Position numbers and translations under genes: made by a program. A DNA stretch of 64,000 nt from NCBI GenBank assembly GCA_965657355.1, contig CBFHOE010000011.1, positions 1 to 64,000 on the forward strand. Direction: 5' to 3'. This document shows, piece after piece, positions 50,031 through 59,931 of the stretch (positions within the stretch are counted from its first letter, which is position 1; each line of letters opens with the position of its first letter). The notes under the pieces are model-generated. The model saw nothing but the letters and a program-made list of their open reading frames with translations, had not been told where the DNA came from and made no database searches. The DNA comes from Limisphaerales bacterium (GTDB taxonomy: Bacteria; Verrucomicrobiota; Verrucomicrobiia; Limisphaerales; JAJOIW01).

Positions 50031-50084
50031 TTTCAAAAACGTAAAAACGGGCTCCATATGGAGCCCGTTTTTACGTTTTTGAAA
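50031..50084. terminator. Perfect 54-bp palindrome / bidirectional terminator between convergent genes
   Basis: TTTCAAAAACGTAAAAACGGGCTCCAT|ATGGAGCCCGTTTTTACGTTTTTGAAA: two 27-nt arms, no spacer, U-tracts on both strands. Confidence 0.85.
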
Positions 50085-50110
50085 CCAGTTTAAATGGGAT
50101 CAAACATCAC

Positions 50111-51334
50111 TTATTCAAATAGTTTTACAGAGACTTTTACAGGTGTCGCATAATCATTCCAAAGTCTTTCGATTATCTCTACGTTAGGCCCTCCGTCCAT
50201 AACAACAAAACGATATTTGGAGTTATATGTCTCACCCGGGGATATTGACCAATCACCACCCTGTGAGGGAGCGTAATTGAAGAATGGCTCATTTGGATGT
50301 ACTCTCATCGGTTGCGGAGAACGAAAGTTGTCAGGATGGCACATGACAACAATTCCAACCATTTTTCCTTCGTGCAGCCCTCCAATATAACACCAGTTCG
50401 CTTTGGTCGCATGAGCCTTGGTCCTATCTCTTTCACCATTGGATGTGAGAAAAAAACAGTTTTCCTTTCCATTCCATTCACTCCGTCCCCTGAATCCTAA
50501 ACCACCATATCTATATTCAGGAAGCTCTAGTTTACTTTCAGTCATATTAGTTTGAGAAGAGCGAAGGTCGAAAATATTATAAGGATTCTTTCCAAATCCC
50601 ACTGCATACATATGGACAGACCATTTTTCGGATAGGACTTCTTTTTCTGGCTTTGATGTCATGTCAACAAATCGATGACTGGCAGTAAAGCCAGCATGCA
50701 CTGGACCATCCCAATGGGCTAATAGATCGACGAACTCAACCCTTCCTGCCCCTTTTCCCATGTTCCAAAAATCTGGGGTTCTATTTTCAAATTTAGTTTT
50801 AGTCCAAGTATACCATACCCCGTGGTGGTGCGTATGCATTTCGGGGTAATCATCAGATACTACAACACCACTAGGGGTCTTTATGGGGTGCAGATATCCA
50901 GACCTCAAATAGAGTGAATCAATGTCTTTCCTGGGAAGACGTGCCTTTATGAAATACTCCAATGGAACATTACCCGAGCCCTTATGGAACCTGAGTTTCC
51001 CATCGTCGGTCTTATTAAGTTTTATGGCAGGCACAACGGATGGGTTCAAAATCTTTTGGACCACAACCTTTTTACTGGCAGTCTTTTCTAGAGACCTGAT
51101 CACCATAGTTCCCATTCCGTCTTGGACACGAACTAGAAACTTTCCACTTTCGTCCGCGTATAAAGTTTCCTCAGATGCCGGCTCATTGACCAGATTTTGA
51201 GGCCATTGAAAAATAGCTATGGAATCCTTTCTCTCCAGATCCCCCCCTTCCATTGATATTTCCAATCGCTGGGCAAAAGAACAAATTGGTATGAGTAGTA
51301 GTCCCAAAAAATACTTTAGTTTGGTCGATTTCAT
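50111..51334 (-). CDS. Secreted PF14100/DUF6807-like protein
   Basis: Signal peptide, SGYLHPIKTPSG, DDYPEMHTHHHGVW, YRYGGLGFRG and HPDN. Confidence 0.75.
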   Translation of the reverse strand: MKSTKLKYFLGLLLIPICSFAQRLEISMEGGDLERKDSIAIFQWPQNLVNEPASEETLYADESGKFLVRVQDGMGTMVIRSLEKTASKKVVVQKILNPSVVPAIKLNKTDDGKLRFHKGSGNVPLEYFIKARLPRKDIDSLYLRSGYLHPIKTPSGVVVSDDYPEMHTHHHGVWYTWTKTKFENRTPDFWNMGKGAGRVEFVDLLAHWDGPVHAGFTASHRFVDMTSKPEKEVLSEKWSVHMYAVGFGKNPYNIFDLRSSQTNMTESKLELPEYRYGGLGFRGRSEWNGKENCFFLTSNGERDRTKAHATKANWCYIGGLHEGKMVGIVVMCHPDNFRSPQPMRVHPNEPFFNYAPSQGGDWSISPGETYNSKYRFVVMDGGPNVEIIERLWNDYATPVKVSVKLFE

Positions 51335-51408
51335 TTCAAAGATGATAATTGAAAATTAAAAGAAGTTTTATGAAATTATATGATTGCCTATTTAATAGGT
51401 AAAAATTC

Positions 51409-53013
51409 TTATTCGATCGTCGTTTGGCTACTCGCCAGGGGCTCTATTTGCCCACCTTTGATAGTAGTAGAGCTATTCTCTTGCGTGTCACTGACCAAGT
51501 GTTGTTTTGAGCCAAAAAAACTACTCTCTGCGTTTTTCAATGTCTCATACTGAGCAATAAGGCCAGCATCATTTTTTTCATAAAGCTGTGCCTGATAAGC
51601 AACGTTTTCAAGAGTCCTTATGAATCTTTGATATTTTGCCCAAGATTTTTCGAGCGACAACCTTTTCCTTTCAACTTTTGATTTATCTTCGAGATATTTA
51701 AGGAGTTCCTTGAATGATTTTAAATTCTCGATTCTCTTTACGAACACATCACTCTTATCGGTGAGAAATCTAACTGACTCTGGTGAATGAATATTATTTA
51801 GCTCTGGCCATGTGAACTGAAGAATTCTTTTAGTGGCACCTTTTGCACGATTTATTTTGCTAGAAAGCTGCTTTGATTCATCAGCTAATTTCTTCCTCTG
51901 TTCTTGAATTTGATCTGATTTCTTTTTTGCTGAATCGTATTTGTGTAAACCTGAAATATTAAGTTCGTAGGAAAGCCCGTCGAGTATAGCTAATTCAATG
52001 GGTTCGGCTGATTTAATTAATGAATAATAAGGAGTTGATGGCAAGAATTTTGAGTCTCTTACGGAATGGTTCTTGGAAAACCTTCTCAACCAAGAATCTG
52101 AAGTTTTTACAGGTATATCGATCGTTTTGGATTCAATTAGTGTGTAGGCATGTGCTTCGGCAAAGGACGTTCTACCATCTCCGTCAAAATCAGTTAACTC
52201 GATGTCCTCGTCCATGCGGGATTTCCCGCGTATAGCAGCCCAAAAATGACTAGAGTATTCTTGATAATTTTTTTCATTAATATCTGGAGTGCAGCCCGCA
52301 GCAACGCGGTTATGAACTGTTGAATAAAATCCGCAAATGTTGCGATTTGTCAGTTTATTAGATTCCAAAGCCTCTTGAAAAATTAGATGAGAGAATCCGC
52401 CTGAATAGCATTGAACCATGACAATAATGACATCGACATTGTCTGGAAGGGACCCTATGTGAGAGGAGAGTTTTTTCACATCAATGAATTGGCCTCCCCA
52501 TAAATACAAACGAGTATTATATTTATTTTTTTTATCCAAAGATTTTCCACCGTGAGCGGTTGCGTATATGAACAACCTGTCGCCCTCTTCTATGCGGCCT
52601 TTGGATTCAGCAAACCATTGGTCGATGGATTTGTTGTCACTCATGCCATCGACATTTTCGAGAGAAGAATTTCTATACCTTAGGTTCAATTTACTTAAGG
52701 AACCAAAAATGGTGGCCATATACCGATTCGCTTTCGGTATATCATTCATGGGAACCATATATTGAATATCTGATTCAGGCCTTTGACCATCTGCAAAATA
52801 TAAATCGTGAGATTGGGAGCTCGGGTAACTCTCGGCGAGTAATTTTCTGAAAAAAACAACATTCTTTTCGAGGGACACTTGATTACCACTGGGAGAATAG
52901 CCGCCGCCTATGATTAAAAAATGATCCTGGCCAGATTGGACTAGGGGGGAGAAAATCATAAGTATGGCGAAAAAAATGAAATAACTGGTGGTTCGTGTCA
53001 TGGCAATTTTCAT
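51409..53013 (-). CDS. Secreted clan CD (caspase/legumain-like) peptidase-domain protein
   Basis: Signal peptide, FIYATAHGG and VMVQCYSGGF dyad motifs, EF-hand-like DFDGDGRTSFAE and a C-terminal coiled coil. Confidence 0.65.
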   Translation of the reverse strand: MKIAMTRTTSYFIFFAILMIFSPLVQSGQDHFLIIGGGYSPSGNQVSLEKNVVFFRKLLAESYPSSQSHDLYFADGQRPESDIQYMVPMNDIPKANRYMATIFGSLSKLNLRYRNSSLENVDGMSDNKSIDQWFAESKGRIEEGDRLFIYATAHGGKSLDKKNKYNTRLYLWGGQFIDVKKLSSHIGSLPDNVDVIIVMVQCYSGGFSHLIFQEALESNKLTNRNICGFYSTVHNRVAAGCTPDINEKNYQEYSSHFWAAIRGKSRMDEDIELTDFDGDGRTSFAEAHAYTLIESKTIDIPVKTSDSWLRRFSKNHSVRDSKFLPSTPYYSLIKSAEPIELAILDGLSYELNISGLHKYDSAKKKSDQIQEQRKKLADESKQLSSKINRAKGATKRILQFTWPELNNIHSPESVRFLTDKSDVFVKRIENLKSFKELLKYLEDKSKVERKRLSLEKSWAKYQRFIRTLENVAYQAQLYEKNDAGLIAQYETLKNAESSFFGSKQHLVSDTQENSSTTIKGGQIEPLASSQTTIE

Positions 53014-53070
53014 TTGTATAGCCTAAATTTGCATAAGATGTTCCAATTGACGATATGTAAAATTATCAAT

Positions 53071-54120
53071 CTATTCGTTGATCCCCGACTCAGATATTTC
53101 TATCAGCGTTTTCTGGACGACTAAATCATGCTCAGGTGACCAATTAAACTTACTTTTTCCAGCGATACACTGAGCGAGATCCTGGAAATCTCGAGCATAG
53201 GATCGATTTGAATGAGGCAATTGGATTTTGCGAACTCCTTTTTGAAAATCTTCCTGGTCTTTTTCGAGGTATAAGGTAAACGACCCAGATTCGAGTGGAT
53301 GAATATCCATACCACCATGCGTTCCGAAAATCGAAAACCTTCTTTTGGCAAATCCAAATGGATCATTATGACTACACCTCAAGGTGACTATGGCTTTATC
53401 GTATTCGAGGATACCCAACTGATGGTCAGGAAGACGGTCTCCCATGGCTAATTTTGTTTGCTTATTCACCCCTAGGACAGTGTTTGGCTTTCCTAAAATT
53501 GAAATCACAGGATCCAATATATTTCCAGCTAGCTCAAAAAAGCCTCCTCCGCGATATTGTCCCAAATTATGCCTCAAGCTCTGATCTGCCCGCTTTCCCA
53601 TCGAGGCGTCTATTTCTAATATATCACCGAACCAACCACCCCTAACTGCCCGTGACATAAATTGAAAAACAGGATTGTACCTCAATACATACCCAAGTTG
53701 TATAATGAGTTTTTTTCTATTGGAAATTTTGAATAAATCTTGGAGATCTTTTAAATTTGTTCCAGCTGGCTTATCAAGGTGAAGGTGGCACCCTTTTTGT
53801 GCGAACTTAATGCCAATTTTGGCAATGTCTTTTACGTCAGTCTCAACGACAACCAAATCCAATTGTTTTTCATCCAGAAGTTGTTTTTCTGTGAGCCAAT
53901 TCACACCTTTTACTTTTTCCCGAAGCTTAGTGTCAGGCTCCACGACACCCACAATCTCATAGGTCTCTGAAAGTTGTTTAAGGGCTTTCAATTTTCCAAA
54001 GGCGTGCGGATGCTTTAATCCAACCTGCCCGACACGAATTTTAGATCCGGTTGAAGCAAAACTACTGACACAAAATGGGGTCGCAAGTGTCAGTCCCATG
54101 AATAGTTTTCGGTTGATCAT
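53071..54120 (-). CDS. Gfo/Idh/MocA family oxidoreductase
   Basis: IRVGQVG, HLHLDKP and LGYVLRYNP, with a Tat-like N-terminus MINRKLF. Start set at 54120. Confidence 0.88.
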   Translation of the reverse strand: MINRKLFMGLTLATPFCVSSFASTGSKIRVGQVGLKHPHAFGKLKALKQLSETYEIVGVVEPDTKLREKVKGVNWLTEKQLLDEKQLDLVVVETDVKDIAKIGIKFAQKGCHLHLDKPAGTNLKDLQDLFKISNRKKLIIQLGYVLRYNPVFQFMSRAVRGGWFGDILEIDASMGKRADQSLRHNLGQYRGGGFFELAGNILDPVISILGKPNTVLGVNKQTKLAMGDRLPDHQLGILEYDKAIVTLRCSHNDPFGFAKRRFSIFGTHGGMDIHPLESGSFTLYLEKDQEDFQKGVRKIQLPHSNRSYARDFQDLAQCIAGKSKFNWSPEHDLVVQKTLIEISESGINE

Positions 54121-54332
54121 AATATTATTTTTTAAATTTTTTGTGAGTGACATGAGGACGTCGACATGCTGCGAAACTATAAAGCAATGTCTGATAATAA
54201 AAAAGATTCTGATAAAAATAATCCGGTATGGGCCGGGCATTATTTTGATTGAAAGAATTTAAAGCATGCATAAATCACTATCAATTCTTCTCAGATCTTG
54301 AGACACCATGAAATAAGCCATATATTTTATCG

Positions 54333-55217
54333 ATGCAGCGACAGGATCTACAAGATTTACATCCTCCCAAGGCCTCATGGTTAGAATTAGTCATTATGGC
54401 ACTAAGCGAAGATATCGGCGAAGGTGATGTAACTTCACAATCAACGGTTGACTCGCACCTCAAAGCATCAGCGAATATGACGGCGCGCGAGGACATGACT
54501 ATATGCGGTGTTAATATTGCAGGCGCTGCATTCCATCAACTAGACTCAAATATGGAGATTGAGACACTGTATGGTGATGGTTCGATAGTCAAGGCGGGAC
54601 AAGTGATAATGAAAATAAATGGAAGAGCTCGAGAGATTCTAACCGCGGAAAGAGTTGCTCTTAATTTCATCCAACATTTAAGTGGTATCGCGACTAAAAC
54701 GAGTCACTTTTGTTCCTTTCTCCAAGGCTTGGATACAAAATTACTGGATACGAGGAAAACAACGCCCGGATTGAGACTACTCGAGAAGTATGCGGTTCTA
54801 TGCGGCGGTGGAACTAATCACAGGGTCGGATTATTTGACATGGTAATGATCAAAGACAATCACCTTCAAGCACTACAGCAGATAACTGACGCAGCCATTA
54901 AAACTGCCGTGGAAAAAGCGCGTCAAGCCCATCCCGATTTAAAAATTGAAGTTGAAGCAGATAATTTAAATCAAGTGAGAAATGCAGTTGATGCTGGGGC
55001 TGACATCATTCTTTTGGACAATATGAGCTTGGAACAAATGAAAGCAGCGGTGCAAATTTGCAAAGATAAATGCAAAACAGAAGCAAGTGGAGGAATTACC
55101 GAGAATTCGTTGAGACAAATAGCCGAAAGTGGGGTTGATTTTATCTCATCCGGAGCACTTACTCATTCTGCAAGAAATGTAGATATTGGTTTGGACTTTC
55201 AAATGCACAAATATTGA
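54333..55217 (+). CDS. nadC: Quinolinate phosphoribosyltransferase
   Basis: EDIGEGDVT, ERVALN, DTRKTTPG, NHRVGL, KDNH, LLDNM and EASGG. Confidence 0.97.
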   Translation: MQRQDLQDLHPPKASWLELVIMALSEDIGEGDVTSQSTVDSHLKASANMTAREDMTICGVNIAGAAFHQLDSNMEIETLYGDGSIVKAGQVIMKINGRAREILTAERVALNFIQHLSGIATKTSHFCSFLQGLDTKLLDTRKTTPGLRLLEKYAVLCGGGTNHRVGLFDMVMIKDNHLQALQQITDAAIKTAVEKARQAHPDLKIEVEADNLNQVRNAVDAGADIILLDNMSLEQMKAAVQICKDKCKTEASGGITENSLRQIAESGVDFISSGALTHSARNVDIGLDFQMHKY

Positions 55218-55228
55218 TCCTTTGACTC

Positions 55229-56218
55229 ATGTCTACTGATACGGCCATTATTAAGACCCTGCGCGAGGTATATCCTATGGGAATTTCCGGAACCGAACTG
55301 GCAAATCGATTGGGCATTACTAGGGGAGCCATATGGGCGAGAATTGATATTTTGAGATCAGCTGGGTTTGAAATAGAAGCGAGTCCTCATATCGGCTACC
55401 GTTTGATTAAATCTCCGGAAAAGTTGATTGGAGATGACATCTCCTCACAACTCAGTAGTGATTGCCTGATAGGACGAAGGATCCATGTGTATAAGGAAAC
55501 AACCTCAACAAATGAAATAGCCGATAAGCTCGCACGAGGAGGAGCCCCGAATGGGACCGTTGTTATGGCTGAAAATCAAACATCGGGTAAAGGAAGATTA
55601 GGGAGAAGCTGGGCATCACGTGATGGAAAGTCTCTTCTTTTCTCAATTATCTTATATCCGGATGTTAGTGCTGAGGAGGTCTCCAAACTCACCCTGCTTA
55701 CGGCTTGGTCAATTACAAAATGCCTACGAACCTTAACTAGCAAACCATTTGAAATTAAATGGCCTAATGATATTTTTTATCAGGGGAAAAAAGTAGCCGG
55801 AATTTTAACTGAATTACGTGCTGACATGGATAAGGTTCACTACACAATCGTGGGAGTCGGAATGAACGTCCAACAAACGATGGATGACTTTCCAAAAGAG
55901 ATTCAAGAATCGGCGGCATCTCTTTATCAGGTAACTGGATCGAATTTAATCAGATCCTCCTTATCTGCTAATCTTTTTGAATACCTGTCGGAAGCTCTTG
56001 TGGCATATAAAAATGAAGGGTTCGAAAGAATCTTAAGCGATTTAAAATCATATTCTTGTACGCTCGGAAAGTGGATTGAGCTACGAGTCGGAAATAATGT
56101 TTATAGCGGAAGGGCTGAATCGATTGATTCCTCAGGTGGGCTATTGGTTAGAACAGAGTCGGGAAAGCTGAAAAACTTTAATGGAGGAGAAGTAACCTCA
56201 CAAATCAATATGGGATAA
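55229..56218 (+). CDS. birA: Bifunctional biotin ligase / repressor
   Basis: N-terminal HTH (SGTELANRLGITRGAIW), QTSGKGRLGRSW, KWPND and KVAGIL. Confidence 0.95.
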   Translation: MSTDTAIIKTLREVYPMGISGTELANRLGITRGAIWARIDILRSAGFEIEASPHIGYRLIKSPEKLIGDDISSQLSSDCLIGRRIHVYKETTSTNEIADKLARGGAPNGTVVMAENQTSGKGRLGRSWASRDGKSLLFSIILYPDVSAEEVSKLTLLTAWSITKCLRTLTSKPFEIKWPNDIFYQGKKVAGILTELRADMDKVHYTIVGVGMNVQQTMDDFPKEIQESAASLYQVTGSNLIRSSLSANLFEYLSEALVAYKNEGFERILSDLKSYSCTLGKWIELRVGNNVYSGRAESIDSSGGLLVRTESGKLKNFNGGEVTSQINMG

Positions 56219-56229
56219 CCGATTTTTTA

Positions 56230-57060
56230 ATGCAACCGCAACAACACATGTATTTATTGGTAGACGCAGGAAACACACATGTTCATCTAAATTTAGGTAA
56301 CGCTGGCCGAATGCACTTACCCGTTCCCCTTAAAATTAATCTGGATGAGCTTTCCTCTGAAACTGCCAATCAGTCCGTCGTAAAAATTGTCGATAAATTT
56401 AAAGAACACTCAAAGAAAGGAAACACAGAGTTTGCAGTAGTGGCTAGTGTCATTCCTTCAATGAACAAGCTGATTGAAAATTGGATTATCAAGAATTTTG
56501 GAATCCCATCGCATTTTATCTCTTACCTGAGTCCCGGAATGGTCGACCTAAACTACCCAAAACCTGAAACTATCGGAATTGATAGGCTCGCAAATGCAGT
56601 AGCTTGTGCGAAAAAAGGGAATCTTCCATCAGTAGTTGTGGATTTCGGAACGGCAACTACCTTCGATGTGATAAACAAAAATGGTGCGTACTGTGGTGGA
56701 ATTATTGCCCCGGGAATTTCTTTGATGACGGATTACCTCCATGAAAAAACAGAATTGTTGCCAAAGATTACCTTAAATAATCCAAAATCAAATATCGGAA
56801 AGTCGACCACGGAAGCCATGCAAATCGGAGCTATAGATGGCTATAAAGGATTAATCAAACAGATCCTCGAGGGTATCGGGGCTGAATTACAAAGTGATGT
56901 CCTTGATGTTATTTTCACTGGCGGGTGCACTGAAATTATTCGAATTCGTAATGAGGATCTGAATAGCGAAATAAGCTTCACAATTAGATCTCATGTTAAT
57001 CAAAATATCACGATGGAAGGGCTTGGGATTTTGGCTCCACAAATTCAGGACATTTCATGA
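56230..57060 (+). CDS. coaX: Type III pantothenate kinase
   Basis: VDAGNT, GIDR, VDFGTATTFD, GGIIAPG and TGG. Confidence 0.94.
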   Translation: MQPQQHMYLLVDAGNTHVHLNLGNAGRMHLPVPLKINLDELSSETANQSVVKIVDKFKEHSKKGNTEFAVVASVIPSMNKLIENWIIKNFGIPSHFISYLSPGMVDLNYPKPETIGIDRLANAVACAKKGNLPSVVVDFGTATTFDVINKNGAYCGGIIAPGISLMTDYLHEKTELLPKITLNNPKSNIGKSTTEAMQIGAIDGYKGLIKQILEGIGAELQSDVLDVIFTGGCTEIIRIRNEDLNSEISFTIRSHVNQNITMEGLGILAPQIQDIS

Positions 57061-57197
57061 GCATGGCCTTCAAGCCAATCATAAAAACGAAAAAAACGCC
57101 ACTCGCGATGGGGGAAAAAATACAAACCAAAAATAGTATCTTACTTTTTCTAACATTAACTTGCTTATCCTAAGCGAGGAACTCCATATTTATTAAG

Positions 57198-58004
57198 GTG
57201 AACAGAATAGTAGAGCGATTTAATAATTTAAAGAAGACCGGGAAACGGGGATTTGTGGCTTACATAGGTGCCGGAGATCCTGACATTGAGTCGACTAGAA
57301 AAATCGCTCTGGCCTTTGATAAGGTTGGAGTTGATGTTCTAGAGATGGGTGTCCCCTTTAGTGATCCTTTGGCTGACGGAATCGTCAATCAGATGGCAGC
57401 ACAAAGAGGATTAGATTCAGGAACAACACCTCAAAGTGTATTCGATTGCGCCAAATCAGTAAGAAAGGAATCCAATATCCCACTGGTATTGTATGTCTAT
57501 TTTAATTTACTCCACAGAATTGGGCTTAAAAATTTTATTGAGAAAGCTGCCGAATCTGGTATCGATGGTTTATTAGTTCTGGATCTTCCTCCTGAAGAAT
57601 CGGAAAATTACGAAAGCATTATGAGGAAATACGGGTTATGCCCCATTTACCTCATTGCTCCAACGACTCCTGATGAGAGAGTCAAAGCCATAGCAAATCG
57701 AGCATCAGGATTTATATATTATGTCTCGCGAGAAGGCGTTACCGGAATGCAGCAAAAAGTTTCTTCAAATATTGGGTCTATGACGGAACTGATACGCAAA
57801 CACTCCAGTCTACCCATCGCTGTCGGCTTTGGCATATCCAATCCCGAGCAAGCCAAAGAAGTAGCCGCAAATGCCGAGGCCATCGTAGTTGGCAGCGCCA
57901 TAGTCAACCAGATTGCAGAGCATGGAAAAGACCCAGATCTTTCCCAGAAAGTCGGAGCATTTGTCAAACAACTCGTCGAAGCAACTAAATCAATTTCTTC
58001 TTAA
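57198..58004 (+). CDS. trpA: Tryptophan synthase alpha chain
   Basis: GDP, EMGVPFSDPLADG, LIAPTT, GVTG, VGFGI and VVGSA. Confidence 0.97.
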   Translation: MNRIVERFNNLKKTGKRGFVAYIGAGDPDIESTRKIALAFDKVGVDVLEMGVPFSDPLADGIVNQMAAQRGLDSGTTPQSVFDCAKSVRKESNIPLVLYVYFNLLHRIGLKNFIEKAAESGIDGLLVLDLPPEESENYESIMRKYGLCPIYLIAPTTPDERVKAIANRASGFIYYVSREGVTGMQQKVSSNIGSMTELIRKHSSLPIAVGFGISNPEQAKEVAANAEAIVVGSAIVNQIAEHGKDPDLSQKVGAFVKQLVEATKSISS

Positions 58005-58007
58005 TTT

Positions 58008-58433
58008 ATGGCCGATCTAAATAATCTGACAATCCCAGAAATCATCGATAATTTTGATTTGTTTGATGATTGGGAGGACAAGTATGTTTACCTTATCGAC
58101 TTGGGCAAGAAACTCTCACCCATGCAGGATGATGATAAAAATGATGAAACAAAGATTCATGGCTGTCAGGCTGAAGTATGGGTAAAGCTGACGAAGTCAG
58201 AATGTAGTCCATCAATCATTAATCTGGAAGGTGATAGTAACTCAACAATAGTCAAAGGCTTGGTAGCTATTGCCATACTTTTGTTCTCAGGAAAATCGGC
58301 TCATGAAATCCAGTCCGTGGAAGAAAAACCCGTCTTCCAAAAACTTGGACTTGATCAATATTTGAGTCCAACTAGGAAAGTTGGACTCGCATCAATGGTT
58401 GAAAAAATCAAAAAAACAGCTAACTCTTGTTAG
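58008..58433 (+). CDS. sufE: SufE family Fe-S sulfur acceptor
   Basis: WEDKYVYLIDLG, IHGCQAEVW, IVKGL and LSPTR. Confidence 0.93.
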   Translation: MADLNNLTIPEIIDNFDLFDDWEDKYVYLIDLGKKLSPMQDDDKNDETKIHGCQAEVWVKLTKSECSPSIINLEGDSNSTIVKGLVAIAILLFSGKSAHEIQSVEEKPVFQKLGLDQYLSPTRKVGLASMVEKIKKTANSC

Positions 58434-58449
58434 CTCTAGTCTTCCCTTT

Positions 58450-59829
58450 TTAAGGAATGTTGACCACCTCACCAGGGCCGGGATTATGAATCTGAATCGA
58501 GACGTTATTATGTTTAATTTTGTCTGTGAACCATTCTCGCGAGTCCAATTCCCCGTGGGCTAGAACGACATGTGATGGCTTGCGACCTATAAGCCATTCT
58601 AGTAATTCTTCTCTATTAGCATGCCCCGTAATATCAAAGCTTCTCATTTCGCATTCCCTTTCCAAATCAGGTGCCCGGGAGCTAAAATAGAATGGTTTGC
58701 TCAGCTCACTTTGTTTTAACCTTCCACCAGGAGTGGATTGGTCGGCATACCCCACAAAAAAGATTCCATGTATGGGGTCCGAACAAAGCCGTATGGCCAA
58801 ATCATGAGCGGTCGTGTTTTCATTCATCATCCCGGCTGTCGCAACAAATATCTTAGGCTTATTGAATTTTAGGGTATTTATTTTATCTGGTTTCTGTACG
58901 ACGAGATTCAAGTCTTTAGTTAGCCGCAATTCAGGAAGGTGACGTTGCGTTTTTCTGGCCAGGCCGTCATAGATTTCAGAAAATATTCTCCCTAAACCTC
59001 CGATAAAAATGGGTTGGTTTGGAATTTGGCCCTCAGAGATCATACCAGCTAACATAGCCAGCATTTCTTGAGTACGGCCCAGGGCAAAACTTGGAATTAA
59101 AACAGTCCCTCTTCTTTGACTCACTTCGATTATAGCCTCTTTTAGCTTTCTTATTTCTCGGGCTCTATTTTGAGTTTTAGAAGCATCATGGGCGCCACGA
59201 GTCGTCTCCATAATCACAATATCAGCCTCAACATCAGAAAACTGTGCTCCCTTCAATACGAGCTGATCTTGAAAAGAACAATCCCCAGTGTAAAAGATTC
59301 TTCGTCCATTTGTGGTGATGTGGATTCCAGACGCTCCCAGAGTATGTCCCGCATCATATAGTTTTATCTCAGGATGAGGGGCGCCCTTGTTTCCCAAATC
59401 AAAATAGTTACATTTGTGAATATCACCATACTCTAAGCCTTCAAAGACACTGGAAACTTCCTCTACGTATTTATTATCATAAAGAGGGTAATCTAATATT
59501 CCCATTTCATCTCTCTGCCTTTTCATGACATTAGCAGAATTGTGAAGCACTCTCTCAATAATATGCGTACTTAGTTCGCTCATCAACACACGAGCTTGAG
59601 GAAACTTTTTTATAACAAGCGGTAAAGAAGCGACATGGTCATAATGGCAATGGCTCAAAATTATGGCATCTAAGTGGTCATGTTCAATCTCATCGAGCAG
59701 TGGCATCGATTCTCTTCCGTCTAATTTTGGATGCAAACCAGCATCCAAAAGTAAGGAAAACTCCTGGTCAGATATATGCCATGCCGAGGCACCGATTTCA
59801 TTTGTAGGATTAAGATTTTTTATGACCAT
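58450..59829 (-). CDS. MBL-fold beta-CASP ribonuclease-like protein
   Basis: EIGAS, SHCHYDH, AGHTLGA, YTGD, METT, FALGRTQE, GHA and HGE. Start set at ATG 59829. Confidence 0.88.
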   Translation of the reverse strand: MVIKNLNPTNEIGASAWHISDQEFSLLLDAGLHPKLDGRESMPLLDEIEHDHLDAIILSHCHYDHVASLPLVIKKFPQARVLMSELSTHIIERVLHNSANVMKRQRDEMGILDYPLYDNKYVEEVSSVFEGLEYGDIHKCNYFDLGNKGAPHPEIKLYDAGHTLGASGIHITTNGRRIFYTGDCSFQDQLVLKGAQFSDVEADIVIMETTRGAHDASKTQNRAREIRKLKEAIIEVSQRRGTVLIPSFALGRTQEMLAMLAGMISEGQIPNQPIFIGGLGRIFSEIYDGLARKTQRHLPELRLTKDLNLVVQKPDKINTLKFNKPKIFVATAGMMNENTTAHDLAIRLCSDPIHGIFFVGYADQSTPGGRLKQSELSKPFYFSSRAPDLERECEMRSFDITGHANREELLEWLIGRKPSHVVLAHGELDSREWFTDKIKHNNVSIQIHNPGPGEVVNIP

Positions 59830-59847
59830 GACTAAAGTAATTAAATG

Positions 59848-59874
59848 AAAGGAACCCATTCTGGGTTCCTTTTT
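59848..59874. terminator. Hairpin, possible terminator
   Basis: AAAGGAACCCA-ttc-TGGGTTCCTTT between the 59932 ORF end and the beta-CASP gene start. Confidence 0.55.
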
Positions 59875-59931
59875 AAATCTTGACTGGGTGCCAAATACTT
59901 TAATTAAAGCATGACGACACTTTTGGTTGAC

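Noticed and set aside
50111..51334. Possible methane monooxygenase, since the PF14100 family is labelled 'PmoA'
   Set aside because: This is a soluble secreted protein with no multi-TM profile and no pmoB/pmoC neighbours; the family name is misleading.
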